This document shows, piece after piece, positions 39,040 to 52,849 of a stretch of 64,000 nt of DNA (position 1 is its first letter; every line of letters starts with the position of its first letter). The translations under genes and the position numbers were made by a program. Under the pieces are notes generated by a model that was not told the origin of the DNA, did no database searches, and saw only the letters and a program-made list of their open reading frames with translations. The DNA is from Camelus dromedarius (taxonomy: Eukaryota): positions 28,522,001 through 28,586,000 of the forward strand of contig NC_087436.1 in assembly GCF_036321535.1 (NCBI RefSeq), given 5' to 3'.

Positions 39040-39960
39040 CATATTCATTATTGTGTACTGTTAGCAAGTATCTATATATATACATGCTCCAAGCACTGTG
39101 CAAGGGACTAAAGAAGAAAGATGAATCCCTGCAAAGAGAGTCATCATCTAGGATTCCAAACAAAAGAGAGAAACAAATGGAATCCTGTTGGTGCTATTTG
39201 TGGGATGTCAGAAAAGCATTTTTGACATAGAGAGGAGAGAATCTGTTTTACGAAATGGCAAAAGGCTTTGTAGAAGTTTTCAGGAGAGAAAAGGAAGTGC
39301 AATTTAGGTAGGGGCAGCAACGTAAGAGTAGATAGTCACAGGTACAGACTATTACACCTGGTGTATTCTAGTTCTAATATAGTGTGCATAGGTAAGTACA
39401 GCCAGATGATTCTGGACAGCTTTGCTAGACTCAATCACAACGGGTTTTTTTTTAATCTCCTAGGAAATCTAAAAGATCACAGTAGGTTGAGACAAGGTAA
39501 AATGCACAAACTAAACTCATTTTAACAGCAATACTAAAGACTGAATGAAGTGGTGCAGGAAGGTAGCAGAGAGCCTAAGATATTAGTGTTACTGTAAGTG
39601 AAATATTATGAGGGCTGTGAGTAGGCCAGGGATAGTGGGGATGAAATGAATAGAAGTGCTTGAAGAAGGTCTTTGGAATCAAGCACCCATGGAATTGCAA
39701 GTTATGTTTAGGAGTTAAGGGAAAGGAAGGCTCTCTCATGTCTGTCAAGGTTCCAACTAAGTGACTGGAGGGTAATGATAAAGAACACTAGACATGAAAT
39801 TTTTTTAAGAAGAACTAAAATGAGTTTAGGCTGTGGATAGACACATATTTAGATTCTTATAGGACATATGTAGTTGTGTCTGCTTTTCAGTTAGTAATAG
39901 TTTCTGAAATTTGAAGCACAGTTCAGCTCTCAAGTAGAGATGTTAAAATTATTATAATAT
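39040..39960 (-). mobile_element. L2 LINE fragment
   Basis: gctccaagcactgtgcaaggga...atgagggctgtgagtaggccagggatagtgggg. Confidence 0.6.
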
Positions 39961-40959
39961 AAAAAATAAAATATTTTGTCAGTTAAAGCAAAAGATTCAG
40001 AACTATAACTTATGAAAAGTTATAGTTATTATAAAACTAAATTTAGAGACTATGCAAAGATAGATCTTTATACTCAACTCTGTAGTCAAATGCTGTTATG
40101 TAGACATTGTGTGGAGGGAAAGGACACTCAACCAAGGAAGGGGGGAAAGAATGATATAGGTCATGAGTTAAATGATTACTCTAGTATTTTAGATTTTTCC
40201 CACCATTAGGTAAAATTTATTTCACATAATTGGTGAGTTAATCAGCTGAATTTTTTTTCTAGATTTAGAAATAACATTTCTTAATATATCGGTTCTTTTG
40301 CATTTTAGTAAGAAGTTTTCATACTAACAGACTCATAAAGTCATTTGTCAACGTCGATGAGGATTATAATTTAAGGCCCCAGAAGCCATGAATAGGTGTA
40401 CTTAGTTGAACACTCACCCCAATGCTTTTAAAAGAATTAGAATGCAAGCTTCTTAAGTCAAAACATCTGTTTACCTTTATGATTTTGTTGTTACTGTTAT
40501 TATTGTTGTTGCTTTTATTATTTTGTACAGGAGACATAGCATGCACTCAATAACTGTTTACCGAACTGAACTCTACAAACTACCAATGTTACATTAATTT
40601 TACGTTGTACAGCCTATTATAATAGATACAGAAATTATATATGTTGTACCATATTATTGTTAAGTAAATTCATTAAAAGCACACGTGTTATTATGTCTAA
40701 TTTACTAAGTCACGTAGAGTTAAAAAAATTGGGCATGATTAGATAAAAATAAAGGTATAGTCAAAACCAGAACCAGGTATTTTCATCTTTAAAGTTAAAT
40801 TTCATTCAACTACAGTTATCACATTCCTGACACTGCAAATACATAAGTAGCCTTCAGTAAGGCTACTGAAGTCTTATTGATAGAATATGATAGAAACCAT
40901 ACTCATCATTAAATAGTTATTAGAATATATAATAGACACAAAGGCAGTTCATACAATCA

Positions 40960-41530
40960 TCATAAAATGATAAAGTTTTAAACAATTAGTAGAACATATA
41001 TAAAAGTTATGGGAAAAATGTAAATGTTTTATTTAAACATATGAAAGAAGATCCTGTATAAATGGACAGATGTGTCATATTTATAAATGGGATATATTTA
41101 TATAGGGTTATTAACATTTTGTAATTGTTCTACTTAAAGGGCTCCTAATGAAAGTTTTAATAGATGTCTGTGTCTGTGTTTGTAAATGTGTGAAATTTAG
41201 AAATCTTTTTATAAAACTCTGGCATGAGTTTTTAAATTAACAACAATTAAAAAAATATATTGAGAAAATTGCGTTAATAAATATGTAAAAAGACATTTAT
41301 GTAGTTTAATATTAGCACAGGGATAAAGAAAACAAAGGAACATATTAGAAAACTGAAGGAATGTTCCCACACAAATGGGAATAGGTAGGTCAAGAACAGT
41401 AGCATTAAATTGAGAAAACTCATTGCCTATCATGAAAGTAAAAGACAGGTGTCTCCTCATACCACATCTAAATGTACATTCTGTGAGGATTATAGTATAA
41501 GTGCAAAAGTTAAAACTCTAAAACATGACA
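40960..41530 (+). mobile_element. Old L1 (L1ME) ORF2 fragment
   Basis: aaatggacagatgtgtcata; ctcctcataccacatctaaatgtacattc. Confidence 0.5.
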
Positions 41531-42399
41531 AAGACAACCTCTGCTCTTCAATATGGCCTCACTTTGCATAGTAAACAGCTTAACAACAACAATAAAACAA
41601 TAAAAGGCAAAAAAGCACTTTATTCTGTGCTTTTATGTGGGCATGTAATAAAGAAATATATGTTCAAAACTAAATTGTATTAGAAATTTAGAAATTAGGT
41701 ATGACGATGTAAGCGTACTTTCTTCAGTAGGAAGTCAACAAAGGTTATGTTCACAAGTTCTGGGACAATGCATTTAAGATCCTGTGTGATGTCGCATCTC
41801 CCCTTCCATTGACTGGACAGAGATGACAGATGCGCCATAGGGGAGGAGCCCAGAACAACTGTTGTGCAGATCCCAGACCATCTGGATCCAAGCAAGCTCA
41901 AACATGAGCAGCAGTAGTGTAGAGCTACTTACTCAAGCTCTTTTAGAGTAAGTGGAGAGTGAATAAAAATACATCGTTTTGTTAAGATCCGCATCAGTGA
42001 TGATGTTTGCCTGAGGCTGAATGGTGCAATAATAAAGGCATATAGTCTTAATATAAGTGGTTACACAGAAATCTGGTGCTCTTTTTAAAACAGCGCTTTG
42101 CAAGGGCTTTCTCACTCCAGTTCTTGTAATATGAAAAAAGTACAAATATACTCAAATAAGTGGAATTCATCTATGTACCCAAACTCATACATGTATGTAG
42201 CTGACAAGCATAGTCATGGCCACAGGAGAAATGACTGTGTGACTAAGGGGTGTGACCTCAGTCTGCTTTTCCCCATTCACTTTCTGTACCGCCTAAATTT
42301 TGAATACGTGCATTTACACCTTTCAGTAACATACATGTTTCAATATTTGTGTGCATTACACAAACACACACATTAAGCAAACAAAACGAATTTAAAAGT

Positions 42400-43440
42400 T
42401 TGAATTCACACTTTGGCAAGGGAAGATAATGAGGAATTTGTAAACTCAAGCATTGATCCTCTGATATATGTAAATTGATACTTTTATAGGGAGATATCCA
42501 TTTAAATATGAATATCTCTCTTATATATAAATGCACTTACCCTTTGACCCAGAAATATATTTCTAAACATATATTTTATTAATAAACTTGCACATATGTA
42601 AAATGATTTTATCTGCTTAAGATTATTCTTTTCAGGGTTATTTGAAAGTTCAAAAAATGGGAATTAATCAACTACATCTAAAAAGATATTATAAAATAAT
42701 TATGATAAAATCAAACAATGATATGCCATGTACTTGTATAAAGAATAATCATTTACATTCTAAAGTAGAAACTTCTTCAAGATAAAAAGTAAAAAAAAAA
42801 ATAGCTCAGTGTGAAACAATGTGTTTAATGTGCTCTACTTGGGTGAAAATGTAAAGAATCTGTATTTGTTTGTCTATACAAAACATCATTTTAATCAGAT
42901 TCCTGAAGAGTTTGCCTTCTGGGGAGAAGAAATGTGAGGCTGATGGAAATAGCAGTAATGCAAACTTCAACTTTTAAATGTTGCCTTATATCAATATGTT
43001 ATCTAATGAAACAGTAAATAAAACGTAGATATATTTATGAGAATAAGGAAGAGATGGGAGGCAATGAAATCAGTCTTCAAAAAGAAAATGGGAAGTATAT
43101 ACTATGACCCAGCAATTCCTTTCAGGGTATATATAATCTTTGAGAAAACTAGTCATGCGTCTCTAAAGGGATATGCAGGAAGATAAGTCATGGAGAATGC
43201 AGACTAGAAGATGCTCTTCTGCATTTAGAGAAAAATACTACCAGTTATAAAGCAAAACTGGTAGATCTTAAAAACATGAAAATGAAACAATAGCATCTAT
43301 ACTGCAACAGCATTTTAATAAATTTATAAATTAAAAACACATGTACAAAAAGCAACATTATGTATCTTTCGAGGATATATACTTACAAAAAGTCAATATC
43401 AAACACATAGCATTGGTGTCTAAGGTGAAAAGGAAAGCAA
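42400..43440 (+). mobile_element. Old L1 3' fragments (two)
   Basis: Repeated motif ccctttgacccagaaat / actatgacccagcaattcc. Confidence 0.55.
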
Positions 43441-43444
43441 GAGT

Positions 43445-44248
<804 letters not shown>

Positions 44249-44419
44249 AATAATAAAAATGAAGATCAGAAAAAAAGGAAAAACTATACAATCAAGTAAA
44301 AAGTGTTAGTCATACACTGCCTGGTGATCATAGTGGCATGAAATGATGTGCTTAGTTAGACTCTATGTACATGGGTACAAAGGAAAACACACATACAGAT
44401 GAGCTATTCATTCATATGC

Positions 44420-46330
44420 ATATAGCTATTCATCCATTCTCTTACTGATAAACATATATTTCCAATAGGTTTTTCTATTACAAATAATGATGCAGTAAAA
44501 ATTTCTGTATAGATCTTCTTGTATACATGTACAAGAGTTTTAGTGAAACATATATACCCTTTTCTTTAGATACATGCTTTTAAATGGAAATGTCAACTTT
44601 TGTTGGCGTATCTCCAACTATACCAATTGGTGCTAAATTTCTCCCTGAAGTGGACATAACAATGTGTAGTCCCACCAGCAGTATTATCCCACATTTATTA
44701 TCTTCCCTAAGTTATGGAATCAAATCTGATAGAGATGAAATGGGATATTTCAGATTAGTTTCCTGATTAATACTGAGTTTGACAACTTTTCACATTTATT
44801 TTGTATTCATAGTTTCACTTTTGTGGATGGTCTTTTCATGCTTTTTCTTTTTTATTGGCATTATTTGTTCTTCTATTATTTTGGAATTTGTTTTATAATC
44901 TGATTACAAATCTTTGACTCTCCAATGCCTTGCAATCATCATCTCTAAGTCTGTAGCTTGTCTTTTTTATTTTGTTTAGAGTATCTTTTGACATTTTGAT
45001 GGACAGAAATATTCATTGGTAGTCAAAATTTATACAATTTTCCTTTCATGGTTGGTACTTTTGTATTTTGCTTACGGAATCTTTCCTAACCTAAGATTAT
45101 AAAGATTTTTCTCTCCATTTCTAATGTAAGTTTAAAGAATTTATTTTCAGTTTAGATCTTAATATGTCTGAAATAAATTTACATATGTCGTTGCAATAGT
45201 ATAGAATTGTATTTTACTTGCTAGGGTACTGGCCAATTGACCTACAATAATCTTGGTGAGTATTGATTTTTTTTTAATGTCTGCTAGTACATACTAAGTT
45301 TCAGTATATACATGCTGTGTTATGGGTTCTCTGTATATTCTTTAGGTATATTTATCTATAAAATTGTATCAATAGCAAACTATCCAAATTTTTTGACTTC
45401 ATAATAATTCTTTGTATCTTTTTTCCACCTCCCACTTAATTATTCTTTATATTTTTGATAATTCTTAGCCATTTACATCAAGTAAGTTCATTCCATTTAA
45501 AAAGTGTGGGTTTTAATTTCTCTGAATTTATAGATAAACTATCAGAGGGAAAAAAATCTCTAAAATAAAGATGATTTCCATTTAGACAAGGAGAGCATTT
45601 CTCTGTTTAGATTTTTTTGTCCCTTCAGTAACATTTCATAATTTTCTCTATAAATATCTTTCATTAAATTTATTAGTAGGTAACATAATTTTTGCTGTTA
45701 TTGCAGAATAGGATTTTATTTTATTATTACATTTTAACATTATTTTTTGCTGGTGTGTAGAAGTGGTATTTATTTCTGGATCTTGATCTTATATCTTGCA
45801 ACCTTGCTGAAATTTCTGATTAATTCTTATTGCTTCTAGATTTCATTAGGTTATATATGTTCGCAATCATATCATCTTTAAATGACTAACTTTACAATTG
45901 TTGTATTTAATTTATTTTTATTGCTTTTTTATGTTATCTAGGACCAGTAATGCATTCAATAATGGGGGTGATACTGGGCATCCTTTTCCTGTTCCTAACT
46001 TTAATATGTTTCTAGAGTTTTGCTTTGAGAATGATGTATGCACTACACTCCGTGAAGATAAAGCAGTCTCTTCTAGTTTACTAAGCTTCTCTTCACAGTT
46101 TACAAAGGTTTTATATCATGAATGTCTTTATACATTATTTTTCTGAGTCCTTTTAACTGACCATGTGACTTTTAAAATAACCTGATATATTATATTGACA
46201 TGTTTCTGATAACAATGTATCTTTATGTTTATTAAAACAACCTCTACATCTGGTTTTGTATAGTTTCCTTAGGAGATATTTATGTATACTTTTGTAAATA
46301 AGACTGTGATATGTTTGTTTATCGTTTTCT
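44420..46330 (-). mobile_element. L1ME ORF2/3' region, degenerate
   Basis: Antisense L1 motifs: tcttatatcttgcaaccttgctgaa; gatactgggcatccttttcctgttcctaac. Confidence 0.7.
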
Positions 46331-47649
46331 GTGGGTGGCCAGATTTTTTTCTTTATTTATCTATTCACTAGCTCTTCTAGAGTCACACTTGACCTGGTGA
46401 CTGTCAGTTCCACCTTCCCAATCTGTTCTAGCTCAGCCCTGTCTCCGTCCCACATCCACTGTGGGAAGGCCAGCCGCTTCTTTACCAAACTAGGCACATA
46501 GACCCCATCATAACCTTGGCTCCTAACTCTTTCTTTTTAACTTCCTGTTTATTAGAGATCCTTTATTTTTTATTTTATGAGATCTCCTCTTTTCTTTTAA
46601 ACTTCATTTGATAGTTTTCAGACCTTACTCTTAAGAATCCTTAGAAAAAAAAGATTTTTAGAGTATCTCTTATGCTTTATTCATTGGAACAATCTAATAA
46701 GCACAGAAAATTTGTCCAGACTTTTGTACAGCAACTTAGCTGGGAAGTTAATTCTGAATCATAACATGTTCTTTAAACATGTAGAAATATTATGTTTTGT
46801 TCTCTCCTTGTTGTTTGTGTAAAAGAAAATCCTGCTGTCATCTAATCATTGTGATTTTACAGAAAAAAAATGTTGTTTTTCATCTGGTAGCCTTCAAGAA
46901 TTTTCTTTTTCTTTTGTTGTTTTACTGTTTCATTATCGAGTACCTAGTTATGGATGTGTTTTTATTTGTCTTCTTTAGAACTCAGTATCAACTTTCAAAC
47001 TGAGTTTATTTACTCATTTCTTTAATTCTGAAAAGTTTTAGTCATTAAGCCTGTGTATATTGTGGTTCCAGTTTAATCACTGAGCCTGTTTTTAGTCTCT
47101 TGTTCCTCATGAAAAATATTTATTCACTTTATCTTTCTTTGAGCCATTTGCCTTTTCTGAATCAGTTCTGAGCTCATGGGTTTGAACTTTCTGGATCACT
47201 TACATAATAGTTCACGAAACTATTTATCTTAGACTTTTTAGATTGTCAATGCTTTCTTAATTTGCCATCTTTTTCTCTTTTACTTTTTTATTGCTGTTTG
47301 TTGAGACAGAGAGGGAGCTCAACAAACAAGTTCATCATATTATTTCAACTGGAAGTCCCCTGATTTACACATTCAAGTGGCTGGAGAAAATTGCATGAAG
47401 AACATGTTTATAAAGTTTGAAATTAGGCTAAATTTATAATGGGTATTAAATACATGGATGATAAAATTCAAAATTTAAAATTATTGACGTGTTTGATTAT
47501 TAGACTGAAAAGAAATGTTTAACAGGTATAGTTGTAGTCTTTGATATTATTAATATAACTAAAAATTTGGCACACTGTTCAGCAGTTAATACATAAAACA
47601 TCTTGGTGTATTAGGTGCTTAAAAATGAACTATAAATTAGTTAAATATG

Positions 47650-48150
47650 ATTATTGAATTACTTACAAGAAATTGTGCCAAGCTTTAAAAATACAGCAGT
47701 GAATAAAATAGCCTGTCAGAAAAATATTAAACAAATAAACATAAATATGTATTAAAAATTGTGATAAAAGCTATGTGTATAAGTGGGGCTATGAGAGAGA
47801 AGAGGACTAAATGAGGCTTGGAATTGGGGCATTCCTCTCGAGACAAACATCACTTGAACCTAGGCTGAGTAAATGAGGAGGGGCTGGTCATTAATGAATG
47901 CTGATGTTTGTCTAGGCAAAGGGAACAATTTGTTCAAAATTCCTGAGTTAGAAAATGATTGTTATTTTCTAGAAATTAGCTGAAACAGAGTTCAGTAGGA
48001 AAAGTGGCAAGAGATGAATTCAAGAGGTGAACAGGGCACCACTGTCAAAAGGAACTTAGGCCATGTTTTGAGTTTGGATCATAATTGAAGCTCTAAGGGA
48101 AGCCATGATACAGATTCAAGCAAGTAAATGAAATGATTTTATTCATTTAT
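47650..48150 (-). mobile_element. L2 3' portion
   Basis: tgtgccaagctttaaaaatacagcagtgaataaaatag...ggcaaagggaacaatttgttcaaaattcctgag. Confidence 0.7.
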
Positions 48151-48424
48151 ACATTTGTCAATATAATAACTGTTCTCATGTGATGGGTAAATAGCATCAG
48201 CCTGGATGTATAATGGTAGCAACATTAAGGACAAATGTACCTACTCACCAGTCAGACTCATTACATTTGTCATCGGCTAGGTCATTAGAACTTGAGCTCT
48301 TGTGGGTCCCTTTTTGGTCTCTTACTTCGAACCATTTATTGTTGTCCTGCTTTTAAAAACAGTAAGAAATAGGGCTTAAAATTTATTGGAGTAAATGTTT
48401 TAATTTTTTCTAGGTCTGGCCCAG

Positions 48425-48820
48425 TATGATTAATTAATGTTTAATTTTATGTGTCAACCTGGCTGGAGCACAGTGCTCAAATGTTATTCTGGATGTTTCT
48501 CTAAAGATGTTTTTGGATGAGATTAATAGTTTCATCAGTAGACTTTGAGTAAAGCAGATTGCCCTCCCTCATTCAATCAGCTGAAGGCCTGAATAGAACA
48601 AAAGACTGACCTTCCCAGAGCAAGAAGAAATTCTGCCGGTACCCAGCCTTCAGAACTGAATTGCAGCACTGACTCTTCCTAAGTTTCTAGCCAGTCCACC
48701 TTGCAGGCTTTGTACTTGCCGGCCTCTGTAATCATATAAGCCAATTCCTTGAAATAAGTTTGTCTTTCTATGTATACATATATCCTATAGGTTCTGTTTC
48801 CTGGAGAAAAATCCAATGTG
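48425..48820 (+). mobile_element. MLT2D-type ERVL LTR
   Basis: ttaattttatgtgtcaacctggctgg...gactttgagtaaagcagattgccctcc...ggttctgtttcctggagaa. Confidence 0.85.
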
Positions 48821-51800
48821 CTTTGTTTTTGGTTATTGACCCTTTCACTGATGCTACTGGCAACAATCCTATCTGTTGGAGTCTCAATGTTTAACTGCTG
48901 TCACACTTAAGACTCCCCTGCCCTCATCTCCTGCAAGAATAGAAATAGTGTTATAGAATCAGTTTCCATTGTTTGGCTCTTTGTTAATTTTATTTTATGC
49001 TTTAGAAGATCAATAAGACCTTACCTTCCCCAGGGGCACTGTGGCCCCCAAGTGGGAGGCCCTCAGCTGTGAAGCTCTAGCATGGGCCTCTTCCTGAAAG
49101 CCTTCTCATGCTGGTGTGTGTAGTTGTAAGTACTTTTCTTCTCACTGTCCATCGACTGTCATATCTGAGGCAGCGCCCAAAGCCCATGCTCCACTAAACA
49201 AACATGATGATGTCTAGCTCCCAGCACTCCTCTTGGGACTACTCTTTATTTCTTGTTTTATTATTGAATGATAATACTATGATCTTTAAATTACAGGATT
49301 TATAGCCAAGCAAGGTCTGCTACCAGAGGAAACTTACTCGATATGATCTTACTGATATCAGATATTACTCTAGCAAAATTAGTTAAATTGACATAGGGAT
49401 ATTTGTAAGTTTTACTTGTGAAATTTGTTAGAGATCTATATTTAAGAGTATTACTTTAATGTTTCTCCCTAGTAAATACCTGAAACTGATGAATTATTTT
49501 GATCTGTTTAGTTGTATGAGAGGGTGTGACTTAGTGATGTAATTGTTTTTATATTTAATTCTGACTACTTTTTTGGAATACATAATTCCTGTGCTTATTA
49601 ATCCTACCTTAGGCATATACTGTGATCTGTAATATATTAGTTCATTTTAAAAATTACCTGAATTTTATATTTATTTTTCCCTGTTTTATTTAATGACTGA
49701 TACCTTATCTCTTACAAAATGGATGGAAAACAGCTTGAAAAATGCATGAAATACAGCAGTGAATACTATTAGTCAAGACAAAAGAAAACTGAAATGATAA
49801 GAAAAAATAAACCTGATTTAATAATGCAGTCTAAGAACTTGTTTGCATTGTAGAGTTTGGCCACACATCTGTGCCTCAGTTTAATAGCAGAACAAAAACT
49901 AAACTTTATTTTAGAAAAACAAATCAGTTGCTAAGAAGAAAAGGCTTAATTCTCACACACTGAAATTGAGGCATTATGAAAATACACACCTAATTATGAA
50001 TAATGGCTTCTTTTGTGATTTAATTCAAGAATTGTGAGATAAAGTTCCAAAAGTCGTGTAATGTTTTTGAGTTTTTCTATTAGCACCTCTCACTTTTTAT
50101 ATTAATCTGGCACTGAGTTCCATAAATTTATAAGCTTCATAAACTTAACCACTGTTTTGAACGTTGCTATTATTATCAGCTAATCTGAAGATATGTGTGT
50201 GCATGTGTGTATGAGCGTGTATTTTGAGTGTACTTATGAATTATTTAAATATTTCTCAGATTCATTAGAATTCATAAGCTGACTTCCTAATATTACTTAA
50301 CAAAGTTCTGTAATGTTTTAGCTGCATTTATGAAAAATTTAATCCCCAATAATAATAAATAACCTGAGATACAGATATTTCCTATTTGATAATTACAACT
50401 ATTTACTTCAAGAAAAGATCACAGAAAGAGAAACTTTTCTTAAAGGACAAAAACAAGGACACTCAAAAATGCCATTTTCTATTGAAAGCATAGCTATGTA
50501 GTTAAATTTGATTCTGTTTAATAAGCACATATTGAGGAATTAAATTGGGAACTTATAAAGGTATAAATATGGTTTTCACCTTCAAAAAGCTTAAAATTAA
50601 GAATGAGCAGACAGGTCGGGAAAAGCAGCATTGGACGTGAAACTTGAAGGATGTATGAAGACTTAGCAGAGACACAGAAAATGGAACGCGGAAGTTCCTT
50701 GTGGGCAGTATTTGTCTGTTTTATTTACTCCTGAGTGCAGTGCCTGGAACAGTGCAGGAAAAAAACAGCTGATTCTCCATTAATATTTATTAATATCTTA
50801 ACTGAATTAAAAGCATTTCAAGAACTGGTCTTTGTAAGCATAGGAAACAAGATAAGTGGTTTGTGTATAATTTTTACATTTTAATTTAAAAAGAGATCCA
50901 ATTCTATCCTGGAAAAATACAGCCATACTAAAGGTGTTAAATAACTTCTCTTTTATTCAGTAACTTGTACCTGTCATGGTAATTGACTTGAAGAGTGCAT
51001 TAGAAAAGTTTATAAATGATACACAGGTTAAAGAAAGAAAAAAACAATGGAGATCTCGTTGGAAATTTAGCAAATACATGTCCTATTTATTTAGCTTTAA
51101 TACTTCAGCTTTTTTTTAATGAGGTCAGATTGTAGCACATCCACTTTGTTGTGGGACAAATTATTTCTTATACAGAATACACAGATATATTGGAAACTCA
51201 AAAACCTATACTTTCATTTCCAGTTTCAAATGTCATCTGGCTAGCAGTCCTTGAAACAGCTTCCTCCACCTTTTCACTAAAGTAGTTAGGAAGAGACTTA
51301 AAAAGATGAAATTGCACAACACTGTGAACTGGGACTCACTGTCAACTTATTGTCAGAATAGGAGAGGAATTTCCATTAAGTACAAGGCCAAGGGGAGTGG
51401 ATTAAATATACAATCAGTATGATGCTGCTCGTGTGCCAGCCTGCCAGAAAGAAGATAGAAAGACCTTTATTCCTTCCCTCTTTCTCTAATCCCTGGATCA
51501 GAAACAAAATCTCAACCAAGCAGAAAACTGAATAGCCATCCTTCTACTGACTGCATGCTGAATTTTAGGCAGTCTTTCAGTTTCCCATGCCCCCTGCCCT
51601 GACCCCTAATACTATGTCTCATTCTTTAGCTCTTCAGATATTATAATTTCAAAAAATTGGAACAAGGGAAAGAGTTATTGAAAATGACTTGAAGGCGGAG
51701 ACTGATTCCTGTGACTAGAGTACTCAATGGGGAGGGGAAAGGCAAACAAGACAAGCTCTAATAGGGCCTAATATTTAGCTCTAATAGTTGAGAGTGTTAG

Positions 51801-52029
51801 ACGCATTTAATGTAGGTGGGAGAAGACCCTTATCAACAGATGGAAGGCACTCAGTAAATAAATAGCGGATGACTATTGGAAACCGGGTGGGGAGTTATGT
51901 ATATGATGATCTGTGATTATGCATAATACACATAATATGCATAATAATAATTATGCAGTTATTCACCTAAGTTTACAGGATTTGGATACCCACCCCACTT
52001 TTCAATGATAGATAAACATGAATAACAAT

Positions 52030-52315
52030 ATTAATAATAACATCCATCTGAGATTCCCCTCCACACACACCACACATGTTGCATCACTTATTTTCTGCAT
52101 TATTTTCTTCATAAGGCCTATGACCTCTGAACTATGACTTGTTTATTTATCTCTCTGTTAGTAGTGCTTTTGCTGACTAGATTATATGCTCAGTGAGTGC
52201 AGAATTCTTCTCTGGTTTTGTTCACCATTCTGTTCTCTACACTTACAAGTGCCTGACAACTAATAGGTGCTTGGAAAATATTTCCTAAATGAAATAGTGA
52301 AAGAAAGTGAATAAA
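52030..52315 (+). mobile_element. L2a 3' end
   Basis: gttttgttcacc...agtgcctgacaactaataggtgcttggaaaatattt. Confidence 0.7.
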
Positions 52316-52569
52316 TTCCAAGAATTCAGAGGAAAGAGCCTCACTGAAATGATCTACTCTAAAATTCAAGATAGTATTTTAGAGAGTTCAGCATCCTTGC
52401 TAGGACACAAAAAGTAACGGCATCTATTAAATGGGAACAGGAAGTGTAGATTCCTGTAGGTTTGCAGCCCCATAAAAGTTGTATTTTAGAAAATATGTTC
52501 ATGTAGTTGCAATAAGTAATAAATGATTTCAACATTAATCTGAAATGTTTAATTTTAATAAAAGTAGCT

Positions 52570-52760
52570 ACTAGGCACTGTATAGATCAATCCTCATAAT
52601 AAGGCTATGAGGAGGCATCAACCCCCTCGTTGTATAAACGAGGAAACTGATGCCCATAGGAGCTAACTTAACCAATACAACACAGAGTAAGTAGAGAGGC
52701 AGAAGACACCTTAAAACCTGGCTCCAAAACTGCCTTAGCTTTGATGCCATTCTGGACTTT
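52570..52760 (-). mobile_element. MIR SINE
   Basis: aatcctcataataaggctatgagg...aaacgaggaaactgatgccca. Confidence 0.7.
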
Positions 52761-52849
52761 TTCAACAGTGTCATTAAAATTCTACTCATCAGTCATTTTG
52801 AAATATCAATTTTTCAGTGAAAATACCATGCCTTAATTAATGAAGCAAC

